Part shown: positions 16,431-27,500 of the stretch, one piece after another
How positions within the stretch are numbered: the first letter of the stretch is position 1
Layout of the letters: every line of letters starts with the position of its first letter
Source of the DNA: a virus
Strand: one strand, 5' to 3'
Length of the DNA stretch: 53,326 nt
Virus record (IMG/VR): IMGVR_UViG_3300045988_173421
Coordinates: 1-53,326 of that record
The notes under the pieces: generated by a model
What the model saw: only the letters and a program-made list of their open reading frames with translations
The model's database searches: none
Told to the model about the DNA's origin: nothing
Translations under genes and position numbers: made by a program

Positions 16431-16581
16431 TTCTTCCACCTCCCTTCTGAGTAAATAAAAAGCAATCCTAATCCGCAGTTTCTGCATCAAGGATTGCTTG
16501 TACTTCATTTCTGATTGTTCTAGGAACTTCTTCAATAGTCTTCAATCCCTTCCGGATCAAATTCACGTAAATATTCGCCAT

Positions 16582-16941
16582 TTACATATCCCCCTTCGCC
16601 GCATCAGCAGGAATTAACATTTCGTACACTTCTGCCAAAGCCAACTGTGTATCAGTTAACTGAGTTTCTTGTTCTTTAGCTTTAATCTTCAACTCTTCAT
16701 TCTGCTTTTGAATAGCTTGATTAAGTGTTTCTATTAATTCGAGCTTTTCGTTAAAGTTCTGGGTTACAACTTCTTCCCAAACATTTTTTGCAAAATTGAA
16801 AAACTGCGACTGCGGATTCTCTAAATTTTGAATAGGTTCGACTTCCACAAATGGAATAGAAGTTGGGAAATCATCTGCTACCTCGTGTATTTCATATCCA
16901 ATCGGATATAATACCTTGTAAATTAATTTCATATCACTCAC
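16582..16941 (-). CDS. Hypothetical tail-associated protein (119 aa, coiled-coil C-terminus)
   Basis: ORF within the tail module. Confidence 0.55.
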   Translation of the reverse strand: MSDMKLIYKVLYPIGYEIHEVADDFPTSIPFVEVEPIQNLENPQSQFFNFAKNVWEEVVTQNFNEKLELIETLNQAIQKQNEELKIKAKEQETQLTDTQLALAEVYEMLIPADAAKGDM

Positions 16942-16943
16942 TC

Positions 16944-18830
16944 CTACAATTTGTTTTTTGCCTTATATGATGCAGTTCCAACATACCAGATGCCTTTTGT
17001 TAACGTACTGTGCGCCTTGATTCCTTTCCCAACAAACTTGACGACTGCTTGAGCCGTTTCATTCCCAACAAAAAAGCTGAAATTCTCTCCAGGTTCAAAA
17101 ATATCATCCACAATAGATTCAGCTACAATATTCATATCCCTTGTTAAATCCCCACTTGCTCTGACTTGGAAATTTGCATAGATATCTACATCATCACCGT
17201 ACCGTTTGAAAACTATCGAGCCCGATTCAAGTGAAGAATTGTTGGTAGAGTTGGTAACAAAACGGATTTCACCGTTTTGAGTAAGAACGTTGTTTCCGCC
17301 AACTTGAAGGCCATTGGCAAAGTTCTTAACACCAAGTACAGTCTCATTTTCAGTCCGAGAAACAAACTTGTCTTTCGTCCATTTCGCAATTGCTTGAAAA
17401 ACGCGTAGCGGTGTCATTGTCTTCTCATTGTTTTCTCCTGCTTCCGCCTCTTCTTCAGTTGCAATATTTTCTATGTGATTGGCCGCTATCAACGAATTAA
17501 AGTATTCACTCATTGAAATTTTCATTTTAAACTCTAAGTTTGAATAGTCCACACGAGTAGCAGATTGAGTCACTCCATCGCTAGGTTCTGCGTATGCGAT
17601 TTCTGTTACGAATCCATCATCAGCAATATAAAAAGGAATCGATGATGGATTAATGTTACTGGACATTTTCTTAACACTATTTTGTGTATTGGGGCTGTTA
17701 TACGGCCAATCTTTGTCTCTCTGCCTGTACATTCCGCAAGACAGTTTATTACCGCTCGCGCTTGATCCAAAGCCCCACGTATTACCAACTAGACTAGTTC
17801 CTTTTGATCGTATGAACGCAACTTGACTAGCCACGTCTGTCGCACCTATTGCTGTGAAAAATTTGTCACCTAAAAATTCTTTGACCTCTTCTAAAAGATT
17901 CCACCTCGCCACATGTGCTGCTGATTTTCCCGCTGTTGCAGTTGTCGTTGTAAAAATCTTATTATCAAGATCGTAAAGCAGACCATAATCTTCCCAGTCT
18001 CCGGTATTTCCCACCTCGGTTCCAACGATAGGGGTTGCGGGTAAAATTCCATCGGTTAGTGAAACGTATCTGTAACTATGCTTGTTTTCTACATCGCTTC
18101 CAGCGATTTTGTCTTTTAAATCAAGAACAAAAGTCAGCTCTACTTCCTTTTTGCCAGTTACTATATTGATCACGTTTGCGGAACTTTCTTGCTTGGTAAA
18201 AACGTCATGCTCTTCTATAGATTTCAGTATCTCTGCTTGAACTTCTTGTAATGATTTAGCATCCTTTGATAAGTTATTAAGTTTGATAACCAAATCATTG
18301 TACATTTGATAAATGCTCTGATACTGAGATTCTTTAGCTTGAAGAAATACTTTAAATCTTTCCTCAAAATCAATAGATTGGTCTCCAAACCTTTTTTCAA
18401 AATCCGATAAAAGTTGGTCTAGAAGCCGTACATACAATGTCACTTGACCCTGACCTATGTCAGAATTATTGAGTACATCAACAGTGAAATCTTGGAATGT
18501 TATTCTATTGCCATCAGCATCGGTCAATTGAAAATACGCTCTTTTAAACTCTTTCAAGACACTAAAATTATCTTTAGTAAATGTGTAGCGAATCATACCT
18601 TTCTGTCCATCAAGTATTTCGGGAACACCATCTGTATACTCGCCCTTTGCGTTAGTGCCGACAAAAATCAAATCATGGTTTGAAAAAACAGAATACGGTG
18701 TTTTCCCATCTGATTTTAGTAATTCGACATCAATCGTTGTTAGTCCTCCATCGCCTAACCTTCCAACAACTCGTTGCTTTCGATACGGACTTGACTTATT
18801 TTCGGTCAATATTAGTTTTATATTACTCAA
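16944..18830 (-). CDS. Receptor-binding / tail fibre protein (628 aa)
   Basis: Size and position distal in the tail module. Confidence 0.6.
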   Translation of the reverse strand: MSNIKLILTENKSSPYRKQRVVGRLGDGGLTTIDVELLKSDGKTPYSVFSNHDLIFVGTNAKGEYTDGVPEILDGQKGMIRYTFTKDNFSVLKEFKRAYFQLTDADGNRITFQDFTVDVLNNSDIGQGQVTLYVRLLDQLLSDFEKRFGDQSIDFEERFKVFLQAKESQYQSIYQMYNDLVIKLNNLSKDAKSLQEVQAEILKSIEEHDVFTKQESSANVINIVTGKKEVELTFVLDLKDKIAGSDVENKHSYRYVSLTDGILPATPIVGTEVGNTGDWEDYGLLYDLDNKIFTTTTATAGKSAAHVARWNLLEEVKEFLGDKFFTAIGATDVASQVAFIRSKGTSLVGNTWGFGSSASGNKLSCGMYRQRDKDWPYNSPNTQNSVKKMSSNINPSSIPFYIADDGFVTEIAYAEPSDGVTQSATRVDYSNLEFKMKISMSEYFNSLIAANHIENIATEEEAEAGENNEKTMTPLRVFQAIAKWTKDKFVSRTENETVLGVKNFANGLQVGGNNVLTQNGEIRFVTNSTNNSSLESGSIVFKRYGDDVDIYANFQVRASGDLTRDMNIVAESIVDDIFEPGENFSFFVGNETAQAVVKFVGKGIKAHSTLTKGIWYVGTASYKAKNKL

Positions 18831-18841
18831 TCCTTCACCTC

Positions 18842-19630
18842 CTATTTAGCCAGATATAAACCAGTTCCAAGATAATATGAATTTCCCTTTAACCCCCATT
18901 CCGTTCGAACAGTTTGTGTTTGTGCGTCTATTACAAGATCACCAGTTCCAGTAAGAGAAATGTGCGAACTAAAATCAACTTCTAAATTTGATGGAATTCT
19001 ATTAATTAGATTTTCTTTTGCTTTTAATCCAGCATCTTTAGTTTGAAAATTACAATGAACAATCACTAAATCTCCGGTTCTAATGAACCTTACTTGCCCA
19101 CCTTTAATTGCAGGATCACTATTTTTTGTTCTGTCGACAATTACATATCCTTTATAATTTGACTCATTCAGTTCGTAATTAACATTTGAACCATTTGAGT
19201 TGAAACTACAAAGTGAAAATGTATATACTTTGTCTCCTTGATTAAGATTGCCATTTACTAATGACGTAACCCACTCCAAACTGACTTGATTATTTGTCCA
19301 TGTATATAAATCAGTTGCAGGATCATTTTCCAAATCTGGAACGACTTCTTGAGTTAAATCGATTCTCAAGACGATATAACCACTCGAATTTGCTGGAACA
19401 GTTATCGTCTGAGCTTCTTTTAAATAAATAAAACGCCCTTGTACTAATGCACAACCAGCACCTACAGTAATTTTTAATCCACTCTTCGAAAGTCTCAGTT
19501 CCTGCTCATATCCCTTTATCACATAGTTCCTTCGCTGAGCTAGGGTATGATACAACTTCGCATCATTCGCAGCACTCACCTTCACATTGTCAAACTGGAA
19601 TCCATCTACATTATCTGCCAAACTAATCAC
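18842..19630 (-). CDS. Baseplate / tail structural protein (262 aa)
   Basis: Position. Confidence 0.5.
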   Translation of the reverse strand: MISLADNVDGFQFDNVKVSAANDAKLYHTLAQRRNYVIKGYEQELRLSKSGLKITVGAGCALVQGRFIYLKEAQTITVPANSSGYIVLRIDLTQEVVPDLENDPATDLYTWTNNQVSLEWVTSLVNGNLNQGDKVYTFSLCSFNSNGSNVNYELNESNYKGYVIVDRTKNSDPAIKGGQVRFIRTGDLVIVHCNFQTKDAGLKAKENLINRIPSNLEVDFSSHISLTGTGDLVIDAQTQTVRTEWGLKGNSYYLGTGLYLAK

Positions 19631-19632
19631 TC

Positions 19633-20682
19633 CTAATCTTCGTCAAAATAATCACTTACCCTGCTTCTGATATTTCCAAAAGTAAGATTTATTGAATTGC
19701 TGTTACTGTTGATTCTCCACGCACTTAACACGGACTTATACATTTTTTCTTTTACTGTTACATCAAAAAGTAATCCTGTTTGTAAATCACGAATATCAAA
19801 GTTTTTCGAGTCTAGAATGATACTCACGCTGATTTCGTGACTGTACGCGTTGCCTTTTAATTCAGAATTTGCTACTTCTTCATAGCTAGGCTTATCCTCT
19901 TGTTCGGTGTCGTAAATCGATACAATACTGACTGTCGGTTTGAGAATACTTTCGTTAGTTTTATCTGTGGTTAGTTCATTCTGATCATCTAGATAATATG
20001 TAGAAAGGATTCTAGGATTCTCTATATCAGTCATTTTCTTATCCACTATCAACAACATGTTTTCGTTACCATTTCCTGGCTTTTTGATGAAAACATTCCA
20101 GTCGTAAAACTCACTTGAATTATCCTTGATTTGCTTCGTCGTATCGATTCGCTTAATACTTGAAATGATCTTATCGTCGCGAATCTCTTCAAAGCACCAT
20201 TTTATGTTGTATTTTTTAAATGCATTTCGTAGGTAGCTATTCAGTTTTCTCGAAGTAACTTCGGTTGCCTGATAACTATGATTCGTATTGGTTACTGTAT
20301 TCACAGATAGAATCTCTGAAAGATTCTTTGTCGGATCACTTAAGAGATATTTTTCTATCAACCGCTTGAAATGCTCCTCAAAACTCGGACCAGTAGTTTT
20401 ACAAGTTGGGATACTACTATCTCCAAGTGCTTGCGCTAAATCTCTACATCTTATTTTGATATCTTCTTGTGAATCAATTACACCGAAATATAGTACTCTT
20501 CCGCTCTCAATATCTTTTGCTAAAAGAAAATCTCCTTTCTCAATTTGCACATACTTATTCAAATCAAATTCGCTAACCCAATTTGAAGAAATCTCATCGA
20601 TTCCAAAATCAAAGTCCTCACTAATGTATTCTTCTTCGTACTTCGATAAGTCAAACCTATATAGATGAATGGACAGAATCAA
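19633..20682 (-). CDS. Tail-associated protein (Tal-like / baseplate hub, 349 aa)
   Basis: Directly follows Dit. Confidence 0.5.
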   Translation of the reverse strand: MILSIHLYRFDLSKYEEEYISEDFDFGIDEISSNWVSEFDLNKYVQIEKGDFLLAKDIESGRVLYFGVIDSQEDIKIRCRDLAQALGDSSIPTCKTTGPSFEEHFKRLIEKYLLSDPTKNLSEILSVNTVTNTNHSYQATEVTSRKLNSYLRNAFKKYNIKWCFEEIRDDKIISSIKRIDTTKQIKDNSSEFYDWNVFIKKPGNGNENMLLIVDKKMTDIENPRILSTYYLDDQNELTTDKTNESILKPTVSIVSIYDTEQEDKPSYEEVANSELKGNAYSHEISVSIILDSKNFDIRDLQTGLLFDVTVKEKMYKSVLSAWRINSNSNSINLTFGNIRSRVSDYFDED

Positions 20683-21557
20683 AAAACATCACACTCCTCA
20701 TAAACTTCTACAGAAACCTCAGCATTTGCAGTATGAAAAACGATGGATGAGTTTCCAATAGGCATATGCACAAAATTTGTTTTTGTGTGATCTTGTTGCT
20801 GATAAACTGAAGAAACATTTCCTTGAGAATCATAAAGTAGCGCTGTTCGATCCTGAAAAAGACTCGATACTACTAGTGTTTGTCCTTCTTCTAAATTCAA
20901 AAAGAACCCATCGCTAGCGACGAGTTCTCCATCCTTAAATACTTCCCAATACGGATTTTTACATTCACCTGAAACCGTTACTTTTACAGGCGAACTACGA
21001 TCTTTATTGTTGAAAAGATAAACTGAATCATTCGAAACATTAAAAGTTCCGGTCTTTTCATTTGCATTTTGAGTATACACGTAAGGAAAAGTGAATCCGT
21101 ATATTTTCCCTCTCGTATATATTTTTTGATTACTTTGTTGAATTTCTGCTTTTTTTACTTCATACCAAGGGGTTAAATATTCGAGTAATAAAGACTCTTT
21201 AAGCAACCTTCCAAATGAACGTTCCGACTTAGTTAATCGTTTCAGCGCAACATTTCTGTATTTCTCCCCTGCGTCACTTGCATACTTTAATACAATAGGC
21301 GGATGAGAAAGGAACTTAACAAACTCAAGATAAATTTGGTATGTTTGTTGGTGATCACGAAGACCATAAATGATATCTATTTTGAACTCTTCGAAATCCG
21401 CTTCACACTCAACCAATCTCTGGTTACCATTACTAGCATTGAAATTATTACTTATTGAGATTCCAAGGCCTTCTGGATCTACTCCCAGAAGACCTTTTTT
21501 GTCATTTAAGGAAATAGCATCGCCATCTCCGTTAGTTAGCTCAAACTCTCGACGCAT
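20679..21557 (-). CDS. Distal tail protein (Dit)
   Basis: Immediately after the tape measure protein; siphovirus Dit-like size. Confidence 0.6.
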   Translation of the reverse strand: MRREFELTNGDGDAISLNDKKGLLGVDPEGLGISISNNFNASNGNQRLVECEADFEEFKIDIIYGLRDHQQTYQIYLEFVKFLSHPPIVLKYASDAGEKYRNVALKRLTKSERSFGRLLKESLLLEYLTPWYEVKKAEIQQSNQKIYTRGKIYGFTFPYVYTQNANEKTGTFNVSNDSVYLFNNKDRSSPVKVTVSGECKNPYWEVFKDGELVASDGFFLNLEEGQTLVVSSLFQDRTALLYDSQGNVSSVYQQQDHTKTNFVHMPIGNSSIVFHTANAEVSVEVYEECDVF

Positions 21558-21558
21558 A

Positions 21559-24500
21559 CTATAACCCCTTTCTTACTATTTCTTTTGCGATAGGTTCAGC
21601 TAATTCTTGCGAAATTTTTTTCTTATCAAGATAGGTTGATGAATCTTTCACTGCAATTTCATGAAGCAATTCATTATTTACCTTAAGTAAATTGATAATC
21701 TCAGTTAAGTTGATCATCCCACCAGATTTTGATTGCATTAAGTTTCTAGCGTCTTGTGTCTCCATCCCTATAATTTCAGCTAGATTAACAGTCATATTTG
21801 TTGCGAGATTATTCAAACCGATACTCGCTGAGTCAAGGATATTTGATCCATTGTTGACCATGTACGAAATAGCTTGACCTATCAGTTCCATGGCACGAGC
21901 TGGCTTAGTTACAGGTAGGACGACCTCTGGTTTTCCTTTTTCTCCGGCTCGGTAAAGACCGTCTTGAGTTATCCATCCGCCATTCTCATAACCAACTCCA
22001 CGATAAGCCGCCAGTAGTGATCCGTATCTTGAAACTGCATAACGAATTGAAGCCAACATATTTGATAAAGGATCAACCATGTTTTTATCATATCCAGGTC
22101 TAGCGTATGCTTTAAAAGTTGCACTGATTGTTTGAAGCAACCCCCTAGAAGGATCGCCACGTTGTGCATTGATATCCCAATTGTTAACGGCGTTTGGATT
22201 GCCACCTGATTCAGTTTGAATCTGTCTTAACATTGCGTTCAAATTAGCTACAGAGTACTGCCCTTCCATCTTCAATGCTTTTATCGCTAGCGATCTCCAT
22301 TGCTCTACTCCAGCGGAAGGATTATATCCTACTGCGCTTGAACTTGAACTCCCGCTACCACCAGTAAAGATGTCTCCACCGCCCATTGATCCATTTAGAT
22401 GAATATGGTCAAAGTGATCTCCGTCAGGCCAAGTAACCCACTGTCCACTTGATCCGGTTCCACTGAGACCCATTCGGTCTCTAACTTTCCCGTTCGTGAT
22501 TACATAGGCGATCTGTTTCGCGAATTTTTCAAACGCCCAATTTGCAGCCTCCGTATATTTTGCAGAACCGACTACACCAGGATATGCCAAGTCAATTGCT
22601 TGATGTTTTCCATGGTAGTATGGATCACCAGCCCGATAACCAGATGTGATTGTTAAACCAGGGAACTTACTCATCATTTTCTGAGCGATATCCACTAGAT
22701 ACTTGTAAACATTATTTGCTCCCATTGCGCCATCAAATGTTCCGTGAGTGAAGAATTTTTCCAACTCCCCCTGAATCATTTTGTTAGCAGCACCTGTCAT
22801 CAGTTTTACACCTGATTTTGTCATGTCTAACCAGGGTTCATTGATTCCTTTATAATCCACTTTGCCATTCAGGAACTTCAATACTGCATTTTCATCGTCG
22901 AGAAAATCGACAATATCAAATTCACCGACACCATCAGCATATTTCGGAATCATACTTCCAAGGTTATTCTGAGCTTTTAGCACACGTTCAGTCATTGTTG
23001 CGTTGAGTACCTTCGCACCCTTTTTAAGCCAAACAAGAGCATTTCTTCCCTTCGCCATGAAAGTAGATCCGTCTGGATCTTGGATGATTTCCTGATACTT
23101 GGAGCCCTTCTGATCGTTGACAATCGCCGGACCATCAGCCGGATGGCCTTCAGTTCCTCTGGCATACTGCGGTACTGTCCAAGCTCCTAATTTCTTGTCG
23201 GATTCTACTTCTTTTAGGACATAGTTAACTCCACCAATTACGCCATTAACACCTTTACCAATACCACCGACCATCTTATTAGCAACACTGTTCATTGTTG
23301 CAGATAGAGAACCGCCCATAGAATTGATACCATCGATCAACGATTGCATCAAAAAACGTCCAGCGTTATTAAAGCCGCCCGACTTCGAACGAAGATTATT
23401 GATTGCATCATTTCCCAGCTGATTCACTCGATTGATGAAAGTTTGGTAAAGTGAGTTCCAACCATTCAACAGATTTTGAAGCCAAGTCCTACCTGTCTGA
23501 TAAATAGCTCCGTAGAAACTTCTTAATAAATTTATTACTTGATTACAGAAATTTCTGACAGTATTAATAAATGTCTGGACTAAACTATTCCAGCCGTTCA
23601 GCTTATTTTGCATCCAAGCTCGACCCATTAAGTAGTTTGGCGAGTTCTGTGCAGTAATTACTTTTGTGTAATTGCTGATAAATGAACTAACTACGTTCAT
23701 CATTGAAGGTAATACTGAATTCCATCCAGTCATGAAGTTACTCAACCATTCAGAGCCCTGAGTTACCATCGAAGGGCTGATTGAACTAAACTGACCCAAA
23801 ATACCATTAGCAGCTGATAAAGCTGTTTGTAGCAACTGCGGCGTTGAATCAGACATACCCTGATTTCCTGCTTGTGAAGCTTGCTGAGCTGAGGCTTGCA
23901 TCTGACTCGCATCAGGCATCCCGTAGCTCTCTGTCACAATCATATTGCCAGAAAGTCCAACAGGTTCTGCATCTTGTACAGCTTTTGTCATTAAATCAGT
24001 CATAGATTCAATAGCTTTTTGAATTATGGGTTTCCCTTTGTCAATACCGACTGCTATTCCGGCAGGTACCCATGACGCATCTGCCGCCATTACTCGTGAC
24101 GGTGACTTGATTTTTAGTTTATCCTTGAACCATTTGCTAACATTCCCTGCAACATCAGTTACGGCTTTTTTGATCGAACCAGCTGCATCAGTAATCCCTT
24201 TGCCAATACCCCCAATGATATCTTTACCAATTTTGCCCCACTTCACATCGCCGAATGCTTTGAAGATAGCAGCAACAACTTGAGGCAACATCTTAATCAA
24301 AACACCAATAGTGTTCAAAATACCTTTACCCAGAGCGATTAGGATTTGAACGCCAGCAGCAATGATTTTAGGCAAATTCTGAATAAGAATCGCTACAATC
24401 GTAATGATTAGTTTGATCGCCAGTTCGATTAATTTAGGCAATACGTTCAGTATCCCTTGGATTAATGATCCGAGAATTTTCACGCCTGCCTCGATAATCT

Positions 24501-27500
24501 TCGGCAAGCTCTGAATCAATGTCGTGACAAGAGAAATAATCAGATTGAACGCTAACTCAATCAATTTCGGCAGCATCATCATAATCCCATTGATCAAAGC
24601 AACTAGGATTGTCATTCCAGCTTCAATGATTTTTGGTAGATAGGTAATTATCAGTGAAAGAATCATCTCAACAAGTGAAATAACTGCACTGATTAAGTTT
24701 GGAAGCATCTGAATGATTCCGGTAATAATCGCAGTCAGGATAGTAACTCCTGATTCAATCAATTGAGGCAACACGGAGAGTAACGTCTCAATGATTGTCT
24801 TAGAAATGGTGAATGCGACAGTTACTGCAGCTTGTGCTAATGGAATAAGTGTTTGCAGTATCCCTTGTAGGATATTCGTTAGTAGATTGACCCCAATTTC
24901 AATCATCTTAGGTAATATCTCAGTAAATGAAGTCACCAATCCCAGGACGATTTCTGAAACTTTTTCCAATAGTTCTGGCACCGTAGTTCCCATACCTTCT
25001 GCGAGTTTCGAAATGAGATTGCTTCCAGTAATGATCAGACCTGGTATTCCACCAACTAAAATAGCTATAATTTTTGGTAACAACGATTTAAATATGTTCA
25101 ATAGTGGTACGAAATTCCCATCGAATGCTTTGTCTATTGCAATTTTGAACTCTGCAAACTGCTGTTTTACACCTTGAACAAAATTTCGGATGCCTTGACC
25201 TAAGCGATAGATCATATTTAGTTGATTTTCACTAAATGATTCACCAAAAAGATTCGTCAGGCCTTCAAGGCTGGTAATATTTCCTGAAATAATGAACTTT
25301 AATCCTAAGAATGCGCGCCTAATTTGCTGTACGATCTCATAGAATTTTTCAAAACGTTGAATCGTTGCATCGCTGAACATGTTTGTATTGATAGCTTCGG
25401 AAAACGAATGAAAGTCCATATCGCCAGTTAGAACATCTTTGACGATTTGAATTCCATTTTTCAGTCTGTTAAAACTTTCATGAAGTATAGTTATTCGATT
25501 CATGATCGCATTAACAGTGTCTTGCGGTAAAAAGTCAGCTAAAGCCAACTTCAAATCTTCATACTGCTTGCGATCACCGCCGTGAAGAATCTGATCTAGA
25601 CTTGATCTGATGATATTTGACGCTACTTGAACTCTTTCGCTTGCATCTTTTTTGAATTGATCAAAAGCTTTATGAAGAATCGTTAAACGTTCAAGAATTT
25701 TATTAGCGGTTTCTTGAGGAAACAAATTATTGAGTGTTTGTTTTAGTTCCTCAGTTTTTCCTCTATCTCCACCAACGAAGATTAAATCAAAGCTTCCTTT
25801 GATTGCTTGAGCAGCTAGTCCGAACTTCTCACTAGCCTTTTCTTTAAACTCTCCAAATGCTTTATGCAACGCTGTTAATCGATCGATAATGACATTAACA
25901 GTCTGCTGTGGCAAGAGCTGATTGAGATTTTCTCGAAGCGCTTCAGTCTTTTTGCGATCGCCACCAACAAATATTAACTGTAATGCTCCATGAATCGCAT
26001 TTCCTGCAATAACAAATGTTTCTCCAAGCTTCTTAACAAAATTAATCAATGGAGCTACTAACTGTCTGAATTTCTCTGAGCGTTTGTAGAGATCAGTTAT
26101 TGCGACTGCTAAACCTATTACTGCAGCTGTAATAATGATAAATGGATTTGCTGTTGCAATTTCAACAAATTTTAAGAGCCATTTACCGAATTTTATCAGT
26201 GTTGCAAACAGTAATACTAATCCGCCATATGAACTCATAGCAGCAAATAGCCCTTTTACAATAGAAATTAGTGGATTTGCAGATTCACCAATATTTTCCA
26301 ATGCTTTAGCGATTGAAGCTAATACTTCTTGTACTTTTTCGGAGCCTATCGTGTTATCTCTGAAAGATTTCATTGAAGCAGTCGCAGAACCTAATGCATC
26401 AACCGCAACTTTTTTGAAAGGTTCTAAGCCTTTGACGATAGTTGTAGTAATAGCCGTTCTGAAATTGGCCATTGAACCAGACAGTGTATCACCAGCAGTT
26501 TTGGCCAAACCTGCCATTCTAGCTGTTGAACCTGCAACTCCGTTCGTTCCTTCCTCGATACCTTTTCTAAGCTGTTCGATTGCATCACCTGCTGAAAGGG
26601 TTCCATCAGAAACTGCTTCTTTCATATCTGTGACAGATTTCTGACTTGCATTAGCAAGGATTTGCCAAGCCGGAATCCCAGCGTCTACCAATCTATTGAT
26701 ATCATCAGCATAAACAACACCTGCAGATTGCATTCCTGCAATTGCGCTTGTAATCTGATCAATGGATTCAGCACCATTACCCACACCATAAGCAGCATCG
26801 GCGATTGCTTGGAACACACCTTTAACTTTTGTGCCTTCCATACCAGCTGCAACCATTTTTTTAGCACCCATCGCTACATCATTCAATGCAATAGGTGTTC
26901 CCTCAATAGCAGCTGCCAAATCATCCATGACTGTTTTCGCCATTTGTGCACTGCCTGTTAAAACTGTTAAGGATTTAGTTGCCGTATCAATCGTGTCAAT
27001 ACGATCAATAGCCCTGCCGATTGAATCCCTTAGAATATCAAAAGCTTTAGCGACAATCGCAATCGAAGCAATTGAGCTCGCAACATCTTCTACTGATTTC
27101 CTAGCAGATTTAGAAGGATCATCAACACCCGATTTAATTTGATTCCTGATATTAGGAAATATTGATTTTGCTTTATCAAAAACAGATTTAAATCCACTAG
27201 TAAGATTATTCTTTACTGATCTTGATGCATCTGACGCACTCGTTGATATTGACTTGATACCACTTTTTACTGATTGCCAAATGTTAGAAGCGACACTCGG
27301 AATGCTCTTTATTCCATTCACAAACCCTGTTCTTATGTTTGAGGCTACCTGTGACGCTTTTGAAGGAAGCTGAGACAATCCGTTGCCGATTTTAGATACA
27401 GCACTTGCAGTCGTATTAACTATTGAGTTAAAACCAGTAACAAAGACATCCTTAGTTCGATTTAAGACTTGAGTTGCCTTTGTTGGAATTGACTGTATCT

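Noticed and set aside
16431-16581. Apparent second XkdX-like small ORF upstream of 16305-16430
   Set aside because: On recount, the reading frame hits TGA after 16 codons (the 4-T run at 16557-16561). Only a TTG-start ORF remains, so it is not supported.
24280-26000. Regular about 105-bp and about 210-bp periodic repeats that superficially resemble an array
   Set aside because: They lie in frame inside the tape-measure CDS and encode repeated helical segments. This is not a CRISPR or an iteron array.
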